DNA of 34,006 nucleotides from a virus (IMGVR_UViG_2734482588_000013), one strand, 5' to 3'; shown: positions 18,516-27,078, numbered from the stretch's first letter. Numbers and translations: made by a program. Notes: a model not told the origin generated them from the sequence alone.

Positions 18516-18541
18516 AAAAAAACCGCTCAGCGGCGGGTTTA
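18516..18541. terminator. bidirectional terminator-like hairpin
   Basis: AAAAAAA-CCGCTCAGCGGCGGG-TTT: short GC stem flanked by an A-tract and a T-tract, between the divergent 75-aa ORF and the lipoprotein gene. Confidence 0.35.
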
Positions 18542-18663
18542 AGTTGTGTGGCGAAGTAACCACTCTTAACAGCATATTTGATTTTTTACGATTGTAAACG
18601 GTTGATTATTCATCTCCAATAAAAATAATTGTGTAGGTATGCCCTTAACAATGGATAAGAAAC

Positions 18664-19110
18664 ATGAATAAAATGACTGTACTATTACTTAGCGCAACTA
18701 TCATTTCAGGTTGTACTTCTTCCGTACCATTGATAAAGAAAACTCAATCAGGAAAACCTGAGGGGGTTTATCAAAATACGACAAAAGATAAAGTCAAAGA
18801 TGCCCTTGTGAATTACTGCAATAGTAGAGGGTTGATAATTTACAACGCGGATAACAGCAGTGTTATATGTGGTAAAGAACTGGAAGGCGGGTCTGCTGTT
18901 TTTGGACAAATGTTAATCGGCAATGCCTATTCAACAACCCCGGTATCAAAAGTCAGATTTACTATCGCTCAAGTTAATAACGATACAAAAGTGTGGGCCG
19001 ATATGTGGATGGAAACTCAAATGGCAATGGGGCAAGTACAACAAATGGCTATAACAGACAACGCAAGCAAAAACACTATCCAACAACGTCTTGATGAATT
19101 AAAACCTTAA
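18664..19110 (+). CDS. lipoprotein of unknown function (moron)
   Basis: 148-aa ORF with a signal peptide and lipobox (LSATIISGC). AT-rich, opposite in orientation to the late operon, with its own AT-rich upstream region. Confidence 0.7.
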   Translation: MNKMTVLLLSATIISGCTSSVPLIKKTQSGKPEGVYQNTTKDKVKDALVNYCNSRGLIIYNADNSSVICGKELEGGSAVFGQMLIGNAYSTTPVSKVRFTIAQVNNDTKVWADMWMETQMAMGQVQQMAITDNASKNTIQQRLDELKP

Positions 19111-19152
19111 GTAAATTAATTAAATAAAATGGGGAGAATAAATCGACTCCCC
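19111..19152 (-). terminator. hairpin with U-tract on the minus strand (terminator between convergent Q and lipoprotein genes)
   Basis: GGGGAG-(10 nt)-CTCCCC stem-loop; on the minus strand it is followed by ATTTTATTTAATT. Confidence 0.45.
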
Positions 19153-19154
19153 AC

Positions 19155-19183
19155 ACATTAAACTGATTCAATTACCCTCTCAA
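19155..19183 (-). promoter_or_regulatory. candidate late promoter pR' (sigma70-like)
   Basis: Minus strand TTGAGA-17 nt-TAATGT immediately downstream of the Q stop, the position expected for pR'. Confidence 0.3.
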
Positions 19184-19194
19184 TAAGAGGTCTT

Positions 19195-19560
19195 CTAACG
19201 ATCCATCTCTAGCTCAATTTCTAACATCATTAACATGCCATCAACTACACCTTCAGCCTTTTGCAATAAACGCCCAACCCAGCAATCAGAACGCCCATGT
19301 TTACGGGCAAGCGCCATAAACGTCATACCACCTACATAATAATCCACTAATAAATCGTGCAAATCGCTGTTGTTCTTTTTCAGGCGAGCCATGCATCCAC
19401 AAATGATCATCGCGTCATCGTCACAACATTGCGGGCGGGATTTTACTTTTGAAGGGATTAGTCCTTTAAATCCTGCAGCAATAGACGACCAAGTGACATC
19501 CTCGTGATTATTTGCCACCCATGCCCCCCAACGTTCAAGAACCATTTGAATATCACGCAT
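19195..19560 (-). CDS. Q: late antiterminator Q (QuuD-like family)
   Basis: Protein [14 protein letters not shown]...[31 protein letters not shown] matches remembered E. coli prophage Q homologues. Start at the internal Met with GGAG 7 nt upstream. Confidence 0.85.
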   Translation of the reverse strand: MRDIQMVLERWGAWVANNHEDVTWSSIAAGFKGLIPSKVKSRPQCCDDDAMIICGCMARLKKNNSDLHDLLVDYYVGGMTFMALARKHGRSDCWVGRLLQKAEGVVDGMLMMLEIELEMDR

Positions 19561-19577
19561 CAACTTTCTCCACAAAA

Positions 19578-20573
19578 TCAGGCCAGCACGCCAATTGCCA
19601 GCGCACGATCGATAAAACGAAATATCAGCTCCAGCTGGGAGCCATACTTCTCTTCAAATGCCACGGTATCCGCATGCAGCTCGTCGTGATGCTTTCTGCA
19701 CAAAGGCAACACAAAAAGGTCATGCGCTTTTGTTCCCATTCCACCCTGACCGTGACCTATCAGGTGGTGGGGATCATCAGCGGGCTTTCCACAACATGCA
19801 CACGGCTGTGTCTTAACCCAGCGCGTGTACTTTTCATTAACCCAGCGGCGACGTTTTGGGCGTAACATAAAAGACTCCGGCGACTCCGGATCCACTTTCA
19901 GCGCCAGCACCTTTTTCGCCTTATCCTGGATGATGCTGGTGGCAGGAACCGAAGGCACAAGGTCACTTTCCCGGGTGACAGACGGCACAACAGGCTTCGG
20001 TAATCTCAGTGCCTTACGGGCTGCACTTTCCGGTAAGGCATCCGCCAGGTCATTCCGAATCAGCCACCAGCACAGTTCCGGCATTGTCACAACGTGACTA
20101 TCATCAAAACCGAGATCCCGACGCACAACAGACAACACCCAGCGGGCACAGTTATCCGTTGCCATTGATTCCAGCCGTTCCGTGAACTGATCGCGCAGCT
20201 GGTTATCGCAGTGCCAGCACAGACGGATTGCGCCCGGCGCGTGTCGCATTGTTGTCATGTTCTCGCTGTGCCAGTCGGAATGAGGCCACTGGCAGCCTTT
20301 TTCACGAAGTAACCAGCTTTCAAGACATTCCACGCCACCAGCACGACGGATCACTGCCTCATTGCGGAACACGGCCCGAACGGCAGGATCATCCGCCAGC
20401 GGTTGTGATGCCGCCGGAACGGCACCACTGGCGAAAGATGAATAACGTTCCGGCTCAGGCTCCAGCAGGACACGCCCCTGCATAAACAGGGGCATCAGCT
20501 CTGAACCTGGCCTGAACAATACGATCCCCATACGCGGGGCAATTTCAGGGGTCAGTAGTGCTCTCACGGTCAC
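19578..20573 (-). CDS. DUF968-type protein with C-terminal HNH-like Cys/His motif (YdfU-like)
   Basis: C-terminal [18 protein letters not shown]...[12 protein letters not shown] motif in the nin-region position immediately upstream of Q. Confidence 0.6.
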   Translation of the reverse strand: MTVRALLTPEIAPRMGIVLFRPGSELMPLFMQGRVLLEPEPERYSSFASGAVPAASQPLADDPAVRAVFRNEAVIRRAGGVECLESWLLREKGCQWPHSDWHSENMTTMRHAPGAIRLCWHCDNQLRDQFTERLESMATDNCARWVLSVVRRDLGFDDSHVVTMPELCWWLIRNDLADALPESAARKALRLPKPVVPSVTRESDLVPSVPATSIIQDKAKKVLALKVDPESPESFMLRPKRRRWVNEKYTRWVKTQPCACCGKPADDPHHLIGHGQGGMGTKAHDLFVLPLCRKHHDELHADTVAFEEKYGSQLELIFRFIDRALAIGVLA

Positions 20574-20574
20574 C

Positions 20575-21384
20575 TCAATGAACGGTATCGAGCAACTTTA
20601 ACAGCTCAGGGAATCGGGATTCGAAGAAATGCGGCTGCGTCTCGCGCGGATTTGCGGGACTGGTGATGTTCTTGCCGAACATGCAGCCTTTCGCCGTCAG
20701 CGACCAGAATTTTTTGATGTTGTTAATCGCGGTACGGCTGTATCGTTCGCGTTGTTCAACGATCCCTAGCTTCACCATCTGGTGATATGCCTGATTAGCC
20801 GTCAGGCGGATACCATACTGTTTCAGCAGTGCACTCAGCGACAGCGTGGGGCGACTTGAGCCATCAGGCGCGTCAGCAGGAGCATCAATGGCATAGCGCG
20901 GTGCCAGATTCGGTAAGCCAACAGCCTCCTGGAGTTTCTGACAGGCACCAAGCACTGAAGAGTTAGACAGGTTTAATTCCCGGCGCATAAAGTCCAGCAG
21001 AATCACACCAGCCTGCATCTTGTCAGCAGCCTGTCCGGATAATTTTTCCGGTGCGCTGGTTACCATGTCGAAAGTACGGATCACCTTCAGATGGAATGAC
21101 GGGCTGATCCACATTGCATAGGCATACACCAGTTCCTTGCAGACATACGTTCCCCGTTCATTTCCCCCATGAATCACACTCACCGGGTCAACACCCAAAT
21201 TCTGGGTGTTGGTCAATTCATGAACAAGCTCAACAGTTTGTTGGCTGGAAAGAAACTTTCCTGGCTCCTTGGTTCTGGCATTTGCACCAGATGCTACTGC
21301 TGCGCGATGCAGATCGTTCAGACTGTAACGCCCATAAGCATCACGACGAACTTCAATACCATCAATGACCATCAGATTATTCAT
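20575..21384 (-). CDS. KilA-N domain protein
   Basis: N-terminal MNNLMVIDGIEVRRDAYGRYSLNDL...GGNERGTYVCKELVYAYAMWISPSF is typical of KilA-N. Start at the internal Met with AGGAG upstream, avoiding overlap with rusA. Confidence 0.65.
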   Translation of the reverse strand: MNNLMVIDGIEVRRDAYGRYSLNDLHRAAVASGANARTKEPGKFLSSQQTVELVHELTNTQNLGVDPVSVIHGGNERGTYVCKELVYAYAMWISPSFHLKVIRTFDMVTSAPEKLSGQAADKMQAGVILLDFMRRELNLSNSSVLGACQKLQEAVGLPNLAPRYAIDAPADAPDGSSRPTLSLSALLKQYGIRLTANQAYHQMVKLGIVEQRERYSRTAINNIKKFWSLTAKGCMFGKNITSPANPRETQPHFFESRFPELLKLLDTVH

Positions 21385-21793
21385 ACTTCGTTTCTCCTCT
21401 TGATCTGGCGGCTGCACCCGCCGTTTTCTCGTACTTACTGATAGTGATCTCGACCTTCCCTTCCGGCATAACCGGTCCCCACTCCACCAGCATTCTTTTC
21501 ACCTGACTGTCGTCTTCCCACACACCCGCGTGGGTCAGGGCGTCAAACAGCGCCTTGTTATAGTTGTCCAGATCGCGGATCCGGTTATCCGGAGGAAACA
21601 ACACGATCTCCACTGAAGCAGGTGCCGACGTTGGTTTTGGCAGACGACGTAACTGCTCAACTATTGCTGCACACGCCGCGCTCTGGAATTTGCGCCCCGC
21701 CGCGCTTATCAGGCTCTTACCTGCAAACGCCCCTTTGTTGGGGTGTCGCCAGTACGTGTTCACGCTGGGCGGGAAAGGCAAGATCAGCTTCAT
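21377..21793 (-). CDS. rusA: Holliday junction resolvase RusA
   Basis: 138-aa ORF with RusA-family motifs (LPFPPSVNTYWRH; DLDNYNKALFDALT...WEDDSQV). Confidence 0.85.
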   Translation of the reverse strand: MKLILPFPPSVNTYWRHPNKGAFAGKSLISAAGRKFQSAACAAIVEQLRRLPKPTSAPASVEIVLFPPDNRIRDLDNYNKALFDALTHAGVWEDDSQVKRMLVEWGPVMPEGKVEITISKYEKTAGAAARSRGETKYE

Positions 21794-22116
21794 ACTTTCA
21801 GGCCCCTCTCATGTAACCAGTGGGTTGCACGCAGCCTGGCGTTTTCCTCACCGGCAAGCAGTGAGCGGATAATCCCGACCGCCTCGCTGTCGTCGTCCTT
21901 CATCGCAGTATGAAGCGTTATCCCCCGGGCCACGCCACGCTTTATCGTGATGACGCCTTTTTTCTCCAGTGCGCGAAGATGCTCCACCGCTGCATTCACT
22001 GAACGGTATCCCAGCATGGTTGCCACCTCCTGATTGGTTGGCGGGAAGCCACGTTCTTTCTGGTAAGAAATCAGCATATCCAGCACCTGCTGCTGGCATT
22101 GAGTTAACGTCGTCAT
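21790..22116 (-). CDS. LexA-N-terminal-like winged-helix DNA-binding protein
   Basis: 108-aa ORF resembling the LexA DNA-binding domain (QQVLDMLISYQKERGFPPTNQEVATMLGYRS) with no peptidase domain; ATGA coupling to neighbours. Confidence 0.55.
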   Translation of the reverse strand: MTTLTQCQQQVLDMLISYQKERGFPPTNQEVATMLGYRSVNAAVEHLRALEKKGVITIKRGVARGITLHTAMKDDDSEAVGIIRSLLAGEENARLRATHWLHERGLKV

Positions 22117-22766
22117 GCCGCCATCTCCCTGACCAGTTTTTCCGCCTGCTGGCGAACCTGCGCCAGAAACGCCTCACCACATGCCTCAAGTTCATCGCGC
22201 CCGATGTAGCTGATTGCCGGTCCCTTCCAGGTCTTGTCGAAAACAGCAATAGCACCAGCGAAGAAAGCGCCTGTCGGCACCTGCTTCTCGTCTTTCGGGA
22301 TAAACCAGGCAGGCAGTTCAAAACCAATACGCCCGCGAATAAAAGCAATATGATCTGCATCTTCCGGCCACCACACTTCGCTGGTGGCAGCTTTGATCAG
22401 GAAAACATAGCGCCCGCCTTTATCACGCATGGCACTGGCATGTTTCATGATGTAACGCATGCCGGTGATGTATTGCCCCTCATGCTGACTGGCGCGGCTG
22501 TATGGGGGATTACCAAAGGCAGCACCTTTAAGCTCCGCAAGACGTTCTGACCAGTCATGCGCCAGCGCGTTGTCTTCCGCCGTGTAATACGCGGTACATT
22601 TGGCGTTATCACCGTCGGTGAACAGATCCAGAACAAACGGGCCAAACAGGGTGTTAATTCCCCAGAAAATGTTGTCCGGCGTGCGCCACTGATCGCCCAC
22701 TTCCTTCAGTTCATGGGCTGGTTTGTTCCGCAGTTCCACCAGCGCCCGGCAATATTTATTACTCAT
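22113..22766 (-). CDS. phage Dam-like N6-adenine DNA methyltransferase
   Basis: NPPY catalytic motif (FGNPPYS) and a W/F-rich N-terminal region typical of the phage N6-adenine methyltransferase family. Start at MSNKYCRAL, overlapping the upstream stop (TAATG). Confidence 0.75.
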   Translation of the reverse strand: MSNKYCRALVELRNKPAHELKEVGDQWRTPDNIFWGINTLFGPFVLDLFTDGDNAKCTAYYTAEDNALAHDWSERLAELKGAAFGNPPYSRASQHEGQYITGMRYIMKHASAMRDKGGRYVFLIKAATSEVWWPEDADHIAFIRGRIGFELPAWFIPKDEKQVPTGAFFAGAIAVFDKTWKGPAISYIGRDELEACGEAFLAQVRQQAEKLVREMAA

Positions 22767-23260
22767 TAAGCCCCCACGTAATTCCCTGACAGATACCACT
22801 CTTCACCCGATGCAGCGCGCTTGCTGCTTTTCCGTAAGCACCGCTCACGACGTGCCAGAAAATTGTTTCGTTCTGGCTGGGAGTGGCTTTCTCGGAATGC
22901 CGCCATCCACACCGTTGCAGCACGACGGTATAACCCCCTGGACTCCAGCTCTTCAGCCTGGCGGGTCAGGCACAAAATCACCCGGGGATCGTTAGTGCCG
23001 ACATAGAAATTGCGCACAGGTTTGGTTTCACGAACTGGTTGTGGTTCCGGCTCCTGCGCTCTCTCAGTCAGGCGTGGGAAATGTCTGCGTGTATCTCCTT
23101 CACAACGGTGAGCCACACGCCCACTCTGACGTAACTTGCTTGCTGACTGCAGAACGCGCTGCCGTGAGTAACCTGCAAAAGCATCCGCAATGTCTCCGGA
23201 AGTACACCCCGGATGGGCTTCAATGAATTTCTGAACTTCATTCAAAAGACTCATGATCAC
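22766..23260 (-). CDS. PerC-like (ANR family) transcriptional regulator
   Basis: 164-aa ORF with a C-terminal AEELESRGLYRRAATVWMAAFRES motif like PerC/Pch regulators, plus an N-terminal winged-helix-like segment. Confidence 0.55.
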   Translation of the reverse strand: MIMSLLNEVQKFIEAHPGCTSGDIADAFAGYSRQRVLQSASKLRQSGRVAHRCEGDTRRHFPRLTERAQEPEPQPVRETKPVRNFYVGTNDPRVILCLTRQAEELESRGLYRRAATVWMAAFRESHSQPERNNFLARRERCLRKSSKRAASGEEWYLSGNYVGA

Positions 23261-24075
23261 CCCCTGAATCCTGCCGGGATCTGGCTGTAGTCCACGTTGT
23301 CGTAACTGGCTTTGAAGTACGGGTCCTCACGTCTGGCTGCAGATACCGCAGGAACTTCCCAGGATTCTTCGAAATGACGATCCGGACCAAAGAACGTGAC
23401 AGCCTGTTTCACAAATTGTGTGCCGCTGTTACCCATCGCAGATACCCAGCCCGCGTAGCGTTTCACACCTTCCAGCATGGTTTCGGGGTTTACTCCCTCA
23501 TTCAAACGGGCTTTCCAGGCTTTGAAGGCTGCAGATTTTGAATTGCCACCAGCACGTTTGGGATATGCCAGCCATGCCTGCTCAAACTCCGGAGAGTATT
23601 CCGGTCGGTTTGAACGAACTCGCACGGACTCATCAACTGATGCACCAACAGCTATTGGTTCATTGACTGGTTCTTTGACTGGTTCAAAAGAGTGACTGGT
23701 TCTGGGTGAATCTCCTGCACTACCCCCTGGTGCAACTCCTGCACTACCTGGTGAATTTGCTGCACCAGATAGTGAATTATTTGCACTACCCCCTAGTGAA
23801 TCTCCTGCACCATCAAGATGAAGAAGATAGATATTACTTGAGTTACCTTTTTCACCTTTCCGGGTGACTTTTTTTACCAGCCCGGACTCACAGAGGGCCG
23901 CAATATGATTCATCACAGAACGTTTGCTAATCTCGCACTGGTCAGCAATATGCTGGTAGCTGGGCCAGCACTCACCCTGATCGCTGGCATTATCAGCCAG
24001 CTTGATCAGAACCAGTTTTCGCAATGGATTACCCACTCGAATTTTCATCGCTTTAACCATCAGCTCCATACTCAT
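23257..24075 (-). CDS. replication initiator (lambda O-like, HTH N-terminus)
   Basis: N-terminal HTH (LRKLVLIKLADNASDQGECWPSYQHIADQCEISKRSVMNHI), a Gly/Ser/Ala linker encoded by iteron-like repeats, and a conserved C-terminal domain. Confidence 0.7.
   Translation of the reverse strand: MSMELMVKAMKIRVGNPLRKLVLIKLADNASDQGECWPSYQHIADQCEISKRSVMNHIAALCESGLVKKVTRKGEKGNSSNIYLLHLDGAGDSLGGSANNSLSGAANSPGSAGVAPGGSAGDSPRTSHSFEPVKEPVNEPIAVGASVDESVRVRSNRPEYSPEFEQAWLAYPKRAGGNSKSAAFKAWKARLNEGVNPETMLEGVKRYAGWVSAMGNSGTQFVKQAVTFFGPDRHFEESWEVPAVSAARREDPYFKASYDNVDYSQIPAGFRG
23705..23815. repeat. iteron array (candidate replication origin) inside the O-like gene
   Basis: Five direct repeats of about 18 bp (TGAATCTCCTGCACTACC-like) starting at 23707, 23731, 23752, 23773 and 23797, with 21-24 bp periodicity, next to a more AT-rich stretch. 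Confidence 0.6.
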
Positions 24076-24296
24076 GCTGCACCTCCGAGATGCTTCATGT
24101 TTTTTCCGGAGCGAAAGGCTATAAGCGGCATACTGACGCGGTAATTACGGCCCAGCGGTTCACAAATCACCTTCTGACATTCACGGTCAACCAGGCTAAC
24201 ACGTAGAACATGCCCTGCAGGCGTGGTGTACCACTGACCCGGACGAGGACAACGGAAAGTCTGATTGGTAAAACGTTTGAAAATATTCCGGATCAT
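24072..24296 (-). CDS. hypothetical small protein
   Basis: 74-aa ORF tightly packed between the Rha-like and O-like genes, with ATGA-type coupling on both sides. Confidence 0.4.
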   Translation of the reverse strand: MIRNIFKRFTNQTFRCPRPGQWYTTPAGHVLRVSLVDRECQKVICEPLGRNYRVSMPLIAFRSGKNMKHLGGAA

Positions 24297-25441
24297 TTGC
24301 GCCCCCTTACCTCTGAAGGGTTCAGCGACAAATTTATGAGGCAGGCCAGCGCCGAAGCATCATTAATATAGTCATATAAGCTAACAGCCAGCGGAGATTC
24401 GGCTTTTGCCAACATAGGATAAAGCTGCTGCAGCCAGACCTGATGAATTGATGAAATGTAGGAACAGAGAACGCTGGCGTTATGTGCAACGTCGCTCGGT
24501 ACAGCGGGCTTTGAAAGCTGTTTCTCCATCTGGTTAAAGGCATTGATGTATGCCTCTTTGAACTGGGCAGCACGTTTACCCGTGAAACCCATAGCAAGAA
24601 ACGCAAAGCCGTCGCGGGTTATTTGATAGCAAGGTAGTTTGCGGCCTGATGCGTCGATGTACTCACTGAGCTGGAAATTCAGCTCAGTAAATTCGGCAGA
24701 GCATTCAAGAGACGCAATTTTTTGAATGACGTTTTTGTGTTGTTTGCCGAAATAACTAGCAACAGCCAGAGAAGAAGTAACAACTTTGTCTGCAATAATG
24801 CAAAGTTCAGGTTGAACTAAGGCAGGGATCGTAGCCATGATGGCAGCCTCCGTATGCAATGGATAACTTCCACCACCGGAAACGCCAATTTCGCTGGTGG
24901 TGAACTGAGCAGGGTTGGCGTAACCGGCGCATACGGAAACCGGCGCACCTTTCGGTGCCCCCACCCAGCCCACCATAATTTGGGTATAGCTGAGTTGTAG
25001 CAACAAAAAAGACGCTAACGCGCCAATTGTCGCCGTATGCAATTCCAGGACGCCAATCCCGGCACCCGCTTTATAAGGTGCCTGAACAGTGTAACGTCCC
25101 GGAATGGCAGAATCAATGTGCTGGTGGTCCTTCACACTCAACAAAATCACGCCTGAATTTCCACAAAGGACTAAAGCACTCATGCGGGTAGTCTTTGCGA
25201 AGATAGATAACGCGCTGTGTTTCTGGCTCCCAACGAATAACATGAACATAAAGTCCTCTTCCGTCACGAAACCAGCGGTTAAGTTCCTGCACAACTCGCC
25301 CCCCACAGTCAGGTAAAGTTCTCTGTGGTTACTTACAGCCAGGTGATTTGGTAATCTGCATTCATGCCGTAACAACAGGTGTGCAGCGACACTGACCACC
25401 AGCTGTTGCGACAAACGGTTATTTGCCGTTAAACTGTTCAT
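24293..25441 (-). CDS. Rha-family phage regulatory protein (382-aa ORF; Rha domain begins at internal start 24838)
   Basis: The C-terminal 181 aa (MATIPALVQPE...) carry a Rha-like domain and are preceded by GGAGG 8 nt upstream of the ATG at 24838. The upstream 200 aa are in frame, unrecognised, and begin with an ATGA overlap to the preceding gene. Confidence 0.55.
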   Translation of the reverse strand: MNSLTANNRLSQQLVVSVAAHLLLRHECRLPNHLAVSNHRELYLTVGGELCRNLTAGFVTEEDFMFMLFVGSQKHSALSIFAKTTRMSALVLCGNSGVILLSVKDHQHIDSAIPGRYTVQAPYKAGAGIGVLELHTATIGALASFLLLQLSYTQIMVGWVGAPKGAPVSVCAGYANPAQFTTSEIGVSGGGSYPLHTEAAIMATIPALVQPELCIIADKVVTSSLAVASYFGKQHKNVIQKIASLECSAEFTELNFQLSEYIDASGRKLPCYQITRDGFAFLAMGFTGKRAAQFKEAYINAFNQMEKQLSKPAVPSDVAHNASVLCSYISSIHQVWLQQLYPMLAKAESPLAVSLYDYINDASALACLINLSLNPSEVRGRK

Positions 25442-25989
25442 GCGTTAGTTTCTCCACAGACACAAAACGCCACGACGCCCGGAGCTGCACACTCGCGGGC
25501 GTCACTCTTTTCTGGAGCGCAGAAAATTTTGTAGACCAGTGCCGCATGCTCCTGGAGCTTCGAAATTGACAGATACAATTCATCATTAATTGCTGTCTTC
25601 TCATGCGGTTCCACTACACCGTCTTCAATTGCTGAACGAATCTGTTTTGAATAACTGCCGATCTGTTCAATGACTTCCAGCAGGCGTTGGTTGATATCGG
25701 CGTTGTCCACATCCTCGACGTCAGGAAGAGACACAAAGACGCCATTTGCAGACTGCGCCACAGCGTCAGCAATGAAGTGAGTGCCACCAGCACGCTGTAA
25801 AACCATTGCCCATCCCAGCGGGAAAATCTGATCGCCATCTGCACGAAGGCGGTTGAATAAAGCGTTCTCTGTTACATCCAGCCAGTCAGCAGCTTCAGCG
25901 TAACCCCCAGGCAATGCCGCGATAGTTTTTCTGACAGCTTTCACGTACCACTCGGGTTGTTTTTCCACTTTCCAATGATGCTTACCCAC
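25438..25989 (-). CDS. early regulatory protein in the cII position (CII/CP76-like, identity uncertain)
   Basis: 183-aa ORF immediately downstream of cro in the pR operon; assignment rests on position and a general resemblance to prophage CII-type regulators. Confidence 0.45.
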   Translation of the reverse strand: MGKHHWKVEKQPEWYVKAVRKTIAALPGGYAEAADWLDVTENALFNRLRADGDQIFPLGWAMVLQRAGGTHFIADAVAQSANGVFVSLPDVEDVDNADINQRLLEVIEQIGSYSKQIRSAIEDGVVEPHEKTAINDELYLSISKLQEHAALVYKIFCAPEKSDARECAAPGVVAFCVCGETNA

Positions 25990-26242
25990 GGCTTACCTCC
26001 TGTTCCTGTGGTTTAAACCCATTCTGGTTTTGGCTAGATTGAAAACGTGCCGGATAAAGAATCTGCATTTCGCTGATTTCACCCTTAAAAAAATTGGCCA
26101 GACGTTCTGCAAGATCGATAGATGGAATTTGTTCCAGTCTTTCAATACGACTCAGCGTCGCTGGATTGACCTGAACGCCCGCAGCAACATGCTGCAAAGT
26201 AAATCCGTGCGCCTTACGCACATTCCGTAATGGTGATTGCAT
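25982..26242 (-). CDS. cro: Cro-like HTH (XRE family) repressor
   Basis: 86-aa ORF with HTH motif (GFTLQHVAAGVQVNPATLSRIER), divergent from cI across the operator region. Confidence 0.75.
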   Translation of the reverse strand: MQSPLRNVRKAHGFTLQHVAAGVQVNPATLSRIERLEQIPSIDLAERLANFFKGEISEMQILYPARFQSSQNQNGFKPQEQEVSRG

Positions 26243-26339
26243 ATAACCTCCACATATTGCGTGATGAGCATATTATTTCACGCAAATATTTTGCGCAAGT
26301 TGATTTGCTTAACGCGCAATAAAGAAATGTAATAAACGC
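26243..26339. promoter_or_regulatory. OR operator / pR-pRM divergent promoter region
   Basis: cI-cro intergenic region with the inverted repeat TTGCGTGA-(13 nt)-TCACGCAA, a palindromic TTGCGCAA, and TTGCTTAACGCGCAA (TTGC-N7-GCAA). Confidence 0.6.
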
Positions 26340-27032
26340 ATGAACATAGGAAATCGAGTCAGACAACTTCGCCAGGCGAAGAACATGAAAATCGCCGATC
26401 TCGCTGAAGCAATAGGAGTGGATGCGGCGAATATCTCGCGCCTCGAAACAGGTAAGCAGAAACAATTCACTGAACAAGCCCTGAGTAATATTGCCAGGAG
26501 CTTAGGTGTTGATATTGCTGATCTCTTTACCTCAGACCTCAAAAGTAATACTGTATGTAAAAACAGTATTAGTGAGGATGTTGCGCAGGTGAAGGATGTA
26601 TTCCGTATTGAAATGCTGGATGTCAGTGCCAGTGCGGGAAATGGCCTTATCCAGGGCGGTGATGTCATTGATGTGATTCATGCCATTGAATACAGAACTG
26701 ATAATGCTGTATCGATGTTTGGTGGACGACCAGCAAATCACATTAAAGTTATCAACGTTCGTGGGGACAGTATGTGTCCAACCATTGAGCCAGGAGATCT
26801 CATCTTCGTTGATATCAGTATCAATCAGTTTGATGGGGATGGTATATATGTATTTGGTTTTGATGATAAAATTTACGTCAAACGACTGCAAATGATACCT
26901 GATAAACTGCTGGTAATTTCTGATAATCAGATTTACCGCGAATGGGGAATTACCAGCGAAAACGAACACCGGTTTATGGTCTTTGGAAAGGTCTTAATCA
27001 GTCAGTCACAAACCCTTAAGCGACACAATTAA
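26340..27032 (+). CDS. cI: CI-type prophage repressor (HTH + S24 LexA-like autopeptidase)
   Basis: N-terminal XRE HTH (RVRQLRQAKNMKIADLAEAIGVDAANISRLETG), Ala-Gly cleavage site (SASAGNG), and catalytic Ser/Lys motifs (GDSM...VKRL). Confidence 0.9.
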   Translation: MNIGNRVRQLRQAKNMKIADLAEAIGVDAANISRLETGKQKQFTEQALSNIARSLGVDIADLFTSDLKSNTVCKNSISEDVAQVKDVFRIEMLDVSASAGNGLIQGGDVIDVIHAIEYRTDNAVSMFGGRPANHIKVINVRGDSMCPTIEPGDLIFVDISINQFDGDGIYVFGFDDKIYVKRLQMIPDKLLVISDNQIYREWGITSENEHRFMVFGKVLISQSQTLKRHN

Positions 27033-27053
27033 CCCCCTACCTCAACATCAATT

Positions 27054-27078
27054 AGCCACCAGAAGGTGGCTTTTCATT
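27054..27078 (+). terminator. intrinsic terminator after cI
   Basis: AGCCACC-agaa-GGTGGCT stem-loop followed by TTTTCATT, 22 nt after the cI stop. Confidence 0.6.

Noticed and set aside
18040-18660. Possible tRNA or small RNA gene between the methyltransferase and the lipoprotein gene
   Set aside because: No T-loop (GTTCRANYC) or cloverleaf-compatible inverted repeats were found by eye; only a terminator-like hairpin and a small protein ORF are supported.
25104-25316. 70-aa plus-strand ORF antisense to the Rha upstream region
   Set aside because: Opposite in orientation to the whole early-right operon, with no RBS or promoter-like signal; probably spurious. The coding status of this region is flagged separately.
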